The position numbers and the translations under genes are program-made. A model generated the notes under the pieces. The model saw only the letters and a list, made by a program, of their open reading frames with translations. It did no database searches and was not told the DNA's origin. Positions 14,436 through 16,130 of a DNA stretch of 16,130 nt are shown piece after piece; the first letter of the stretch is position 1, and every line of letters starts with the position of its first letter. Source of the stretch: Coleofasciculus chthonoplastes F2-STO-03 (GTDB taxonomy: Bacteria > Cyanobacteriota > Cyanobacteriia > Cyanobacteriales > Coleofasciculaceae); the NCBI GenBank assembly GCA_040222015.1, contig JAVJWO010000128.1:1-16130 (forward strand), given 5' to 3'.

Positions 14436-15839
14436 ATGCAAACGGATTTTAAATTTCCCACACCCGATTCAGTCAAAGAAAGCGCAGCAACAGTCCCCTT
14501 AGAAACGGAACCAGAGGAGTCTCAAGTCCCTGGTTTTGACCCTAAAAATCCTCCCCAACAAGACTTAATTGACACTTGTGTTCACTGCGGATTTTGCCTC
14601 GCTACCTGTCCCAGTTACCGAGTGATTGGTAAGGAAATGGATTCGCCCAGGGGACGGATTTATTTGATGGATGCGATTAACAAAGGTGAAGCACCATTAG
14701 CTGAGGCGACGACACAACATTTTGATTCCTGCTTAGGCTGTTTGGCTTGTGTGACGACCTGTCCCTCTGGAGTACAGTATGATAAGTTAATTTCAGCCAC
14801 ACGGCATCAGGTCGAACGAAATCAGCCTCGGAGTTTACCGGATCGGATTGTTAGAGCGTTAATCTTTAATCTGTTTCCTTATCCGAGACGCCTGCGCCCT
14901 TTCCTTGCGCCACTTTATTTGTATCAGAAATTAGGATTACAAAAGCTGGTTCGGTCTACAGGATTATTAAAGCAAATAGTCCCCCGTTTAGCGGCAATGG
15001 ATTCAATTTTACCGCAAATTACCTTACAGTCCTTTCAGAATAACTTCCCCGATGTAATTCCGGCGCAAGGGGAAAAGCGGTATCGAGTGGGTGTGATTTT
15101 GGGGTGTGTACAGCGGCTATTTTTCTCGCCAGTTAATGAAGCAACGGTGCGAGTATTAACGGCGAATGGCTGTGACGTGGTGATTCCCAAAACACAAGGC
15201 TGTTGTGCTGCATTACCCGAACATCAGGGACAGACGGAACAAGCCCAAGCCTTGGCGCGACAGATGATTGATAGTTTTGAGGGGACGGATGTTGATTACG
15301 TGATTATTAATGCCGCAGGCTGTGGTCATACGTTGAAGGAATATGGGCATATATTAGACGATGATCCAGCCTATCGCCAGAAAGCGCAAGAGTTTGCGGC
15401 GAAGGTGAGAGACGTGCAGCAATTTTTGGCTGAGGTAGGATTGACGGCTAAGTTGTCACCTCTGACTGATAAACCCTTGACAATGGTGTATCAAGATGCA
15501 TGTCATTTGTTACATGGACAAAAGATTTCTGTACAACCGCGTCAGTTATTGCGGAAAATTCCGGGGGTAACATTACGCGAACCCATTGATGCGGCGCTAT
15601 GTTGTGGGAGTGCGGGGGTGTATAATATGCTGCAACCGGAAGTGGCTGATGAGTTGGGACAGCAAAAGGTTGAGAATTTGTTGAATACTGGGGCGGAGTT
15701 AATTGCGTCATCGAATCCGGGATGTTCACTGCAAATTAAGAAGCATTTAAACTTGCAGGATAAGCAGATGCCGTTGATGCATCCGATGGAGTTGTTGGAT
15801 TATTCCATTCGGGGAGAAAAGTTGGCGATTGGGGATTAG
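14436..15839 (+). CDS. glcF: Glycolate oxidase/dehydrogenase iron-sulfur subunit GlcF
   Basis: Two CxxCxxCxxxCP motifs (CVHCGFCLATCP, CLGCLACVTTCP), SPRGRI, and CCG-domain motifs GCCAA, AAGCG, YQDACHL and CCGSAG. Confidence 0.9.
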   Translation: MQTDFKFPTPDSVKESAATVPLETEPEESQVPGFDPKNPPQQDLIDTCVHCGFCLATCPSYRVIGKEMDSPRGRIYLMDAINKGEAPLAEATTQHFDSCLGCLACVTTCPSGVQYDKLISATRHQVERNQPRSLPDRIVRALIFNLFPYPRRLRPFLAPLYLYQKLGLQKLVRSTGLLKQIVPRLAAMDSILPQITLQSFQNNFPDVIPAQGEKRYRVGVILGCVQRLFFSPVNEATVRVLTANGCDVVIPKTQGCCAALPEHQGQTEQAQALARQMIDSFEGTDVDYVIINAAGCGHTLKEYGHILDDDPAYRQKAQEFAAKVRDVQQFLAEVGLTAKLSPLTDKPLTMVYQDACHLLHGQKISVQPRQLLRKIPGVTLREPIDAALCCGSAGVYNMLQPEVADELGQQKVENLLNTGAELIASSNPGCSLQIKKHLNLQDKQMPLMHPMELLDYSIRGEKLAIGD

Positions 15840-15848
15840 AGAATCGAA

Positions 15849-15886
15849 GTAGGGGCGCACTGATGTCATTAGTGCCAACTTAAGCT
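15849..15886 (+). repeat. GTAG-led hairpin/compound repeat just after the glcF stop
   Basis: GTAGGGGCGCAC start; inverted repeat GCACTGATG-T-CATTAGTGC (15857-15875) followed by CAACTTAAGCT. Confidence 0.5.
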
Positions 15887-15971
15887 CAACCCCCTCTCCC
15901 CCAGCTCACAAGGGTAGGTTTTTTACCTTGACGGTATAATGGGGGTAAGACTTGGAAGACCTGGAGGGAAA

Positions 15972-16130
15972 GTGGACAAGGAAGAAGACAAAAAAACATA
16001 AAAACTCATGAAGATCTTATTATCTATCAAAAAGCGTTTGATGCAGCCATGACTATTTTTGAAATATCTTGCGCAATTTCCCCTAGAAGAAAGATATTCT
16101 CTAACTGACCAAATTAGACGTTCCAGCAAG
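15972..16130 (+). pseudogene. Four-helix-bundle protein (TIGR02436 / 23S rRNA IVP / Avd-like), 5' part, two apparent frameshifts
   Basis: GGAGG SD then GTG 15972 (MDKEEDKK, stop TAA at 15999); the -1 frame reads NIKTHEDLIIYQKAFDAAMTIFEIS to 16069; after one extra base the original frame reads AQFPLEERYSLTDQIRRSSK, a hallmark of this family. TATAAT at 15935-15940. Confidence 0.8.

Noticed and set aside
8697..15729. ORFs 8697-9029, 9813-10067, 10085-10504, 10366-10557, 11227-11469, 12312-12524, 12623-12808, 13363-13590 and 15448-15729
   Set aside because: All overlap confidently identified genes; 12623-12808 merely reads through the G-rich repeat.
15923..16129. 68-aa minus-strand ORF
   Set aside because: Antisense to the recognisable four-helix-bundle sequence on the plus strand.

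Overview
Cyanobacterial chromosomal DNA: at least 15 HIP1 GCGATCGC sites, an STRR-type heptamer run and GTAG-type REP-like palindromes. The gene and repeat content suggests a salt-tolerant filamentous strain such as Coleofasciculus (inference). The left 2.6 kb is an uncharacterised three-gene module. It comprises a signal-peptide TPR protein built from near-identical 120-bp repeats (absent from the ORF track because it runs off the window), a small exported beta-rich protein and a divergent membrane protein. Next comes a ~750-bp repeat zone with a 179/180-bp tandem array of long-loop GTAG palindromes, a MITE-like element and a nested micro-insert. The rest is core metabolism: a BicA-type SulP transporter, glucosylglycerol hydrolase GghA, DUF2993, an RsuA/RluB pseudouridine synthase, RodZ, MalQ, a NUDIX hydrolase, glcE and glcF. 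A doubly frameshifted four-helix-bundle gene sits at the right edge. All calls come from reading motifs by eye; no searches were run.
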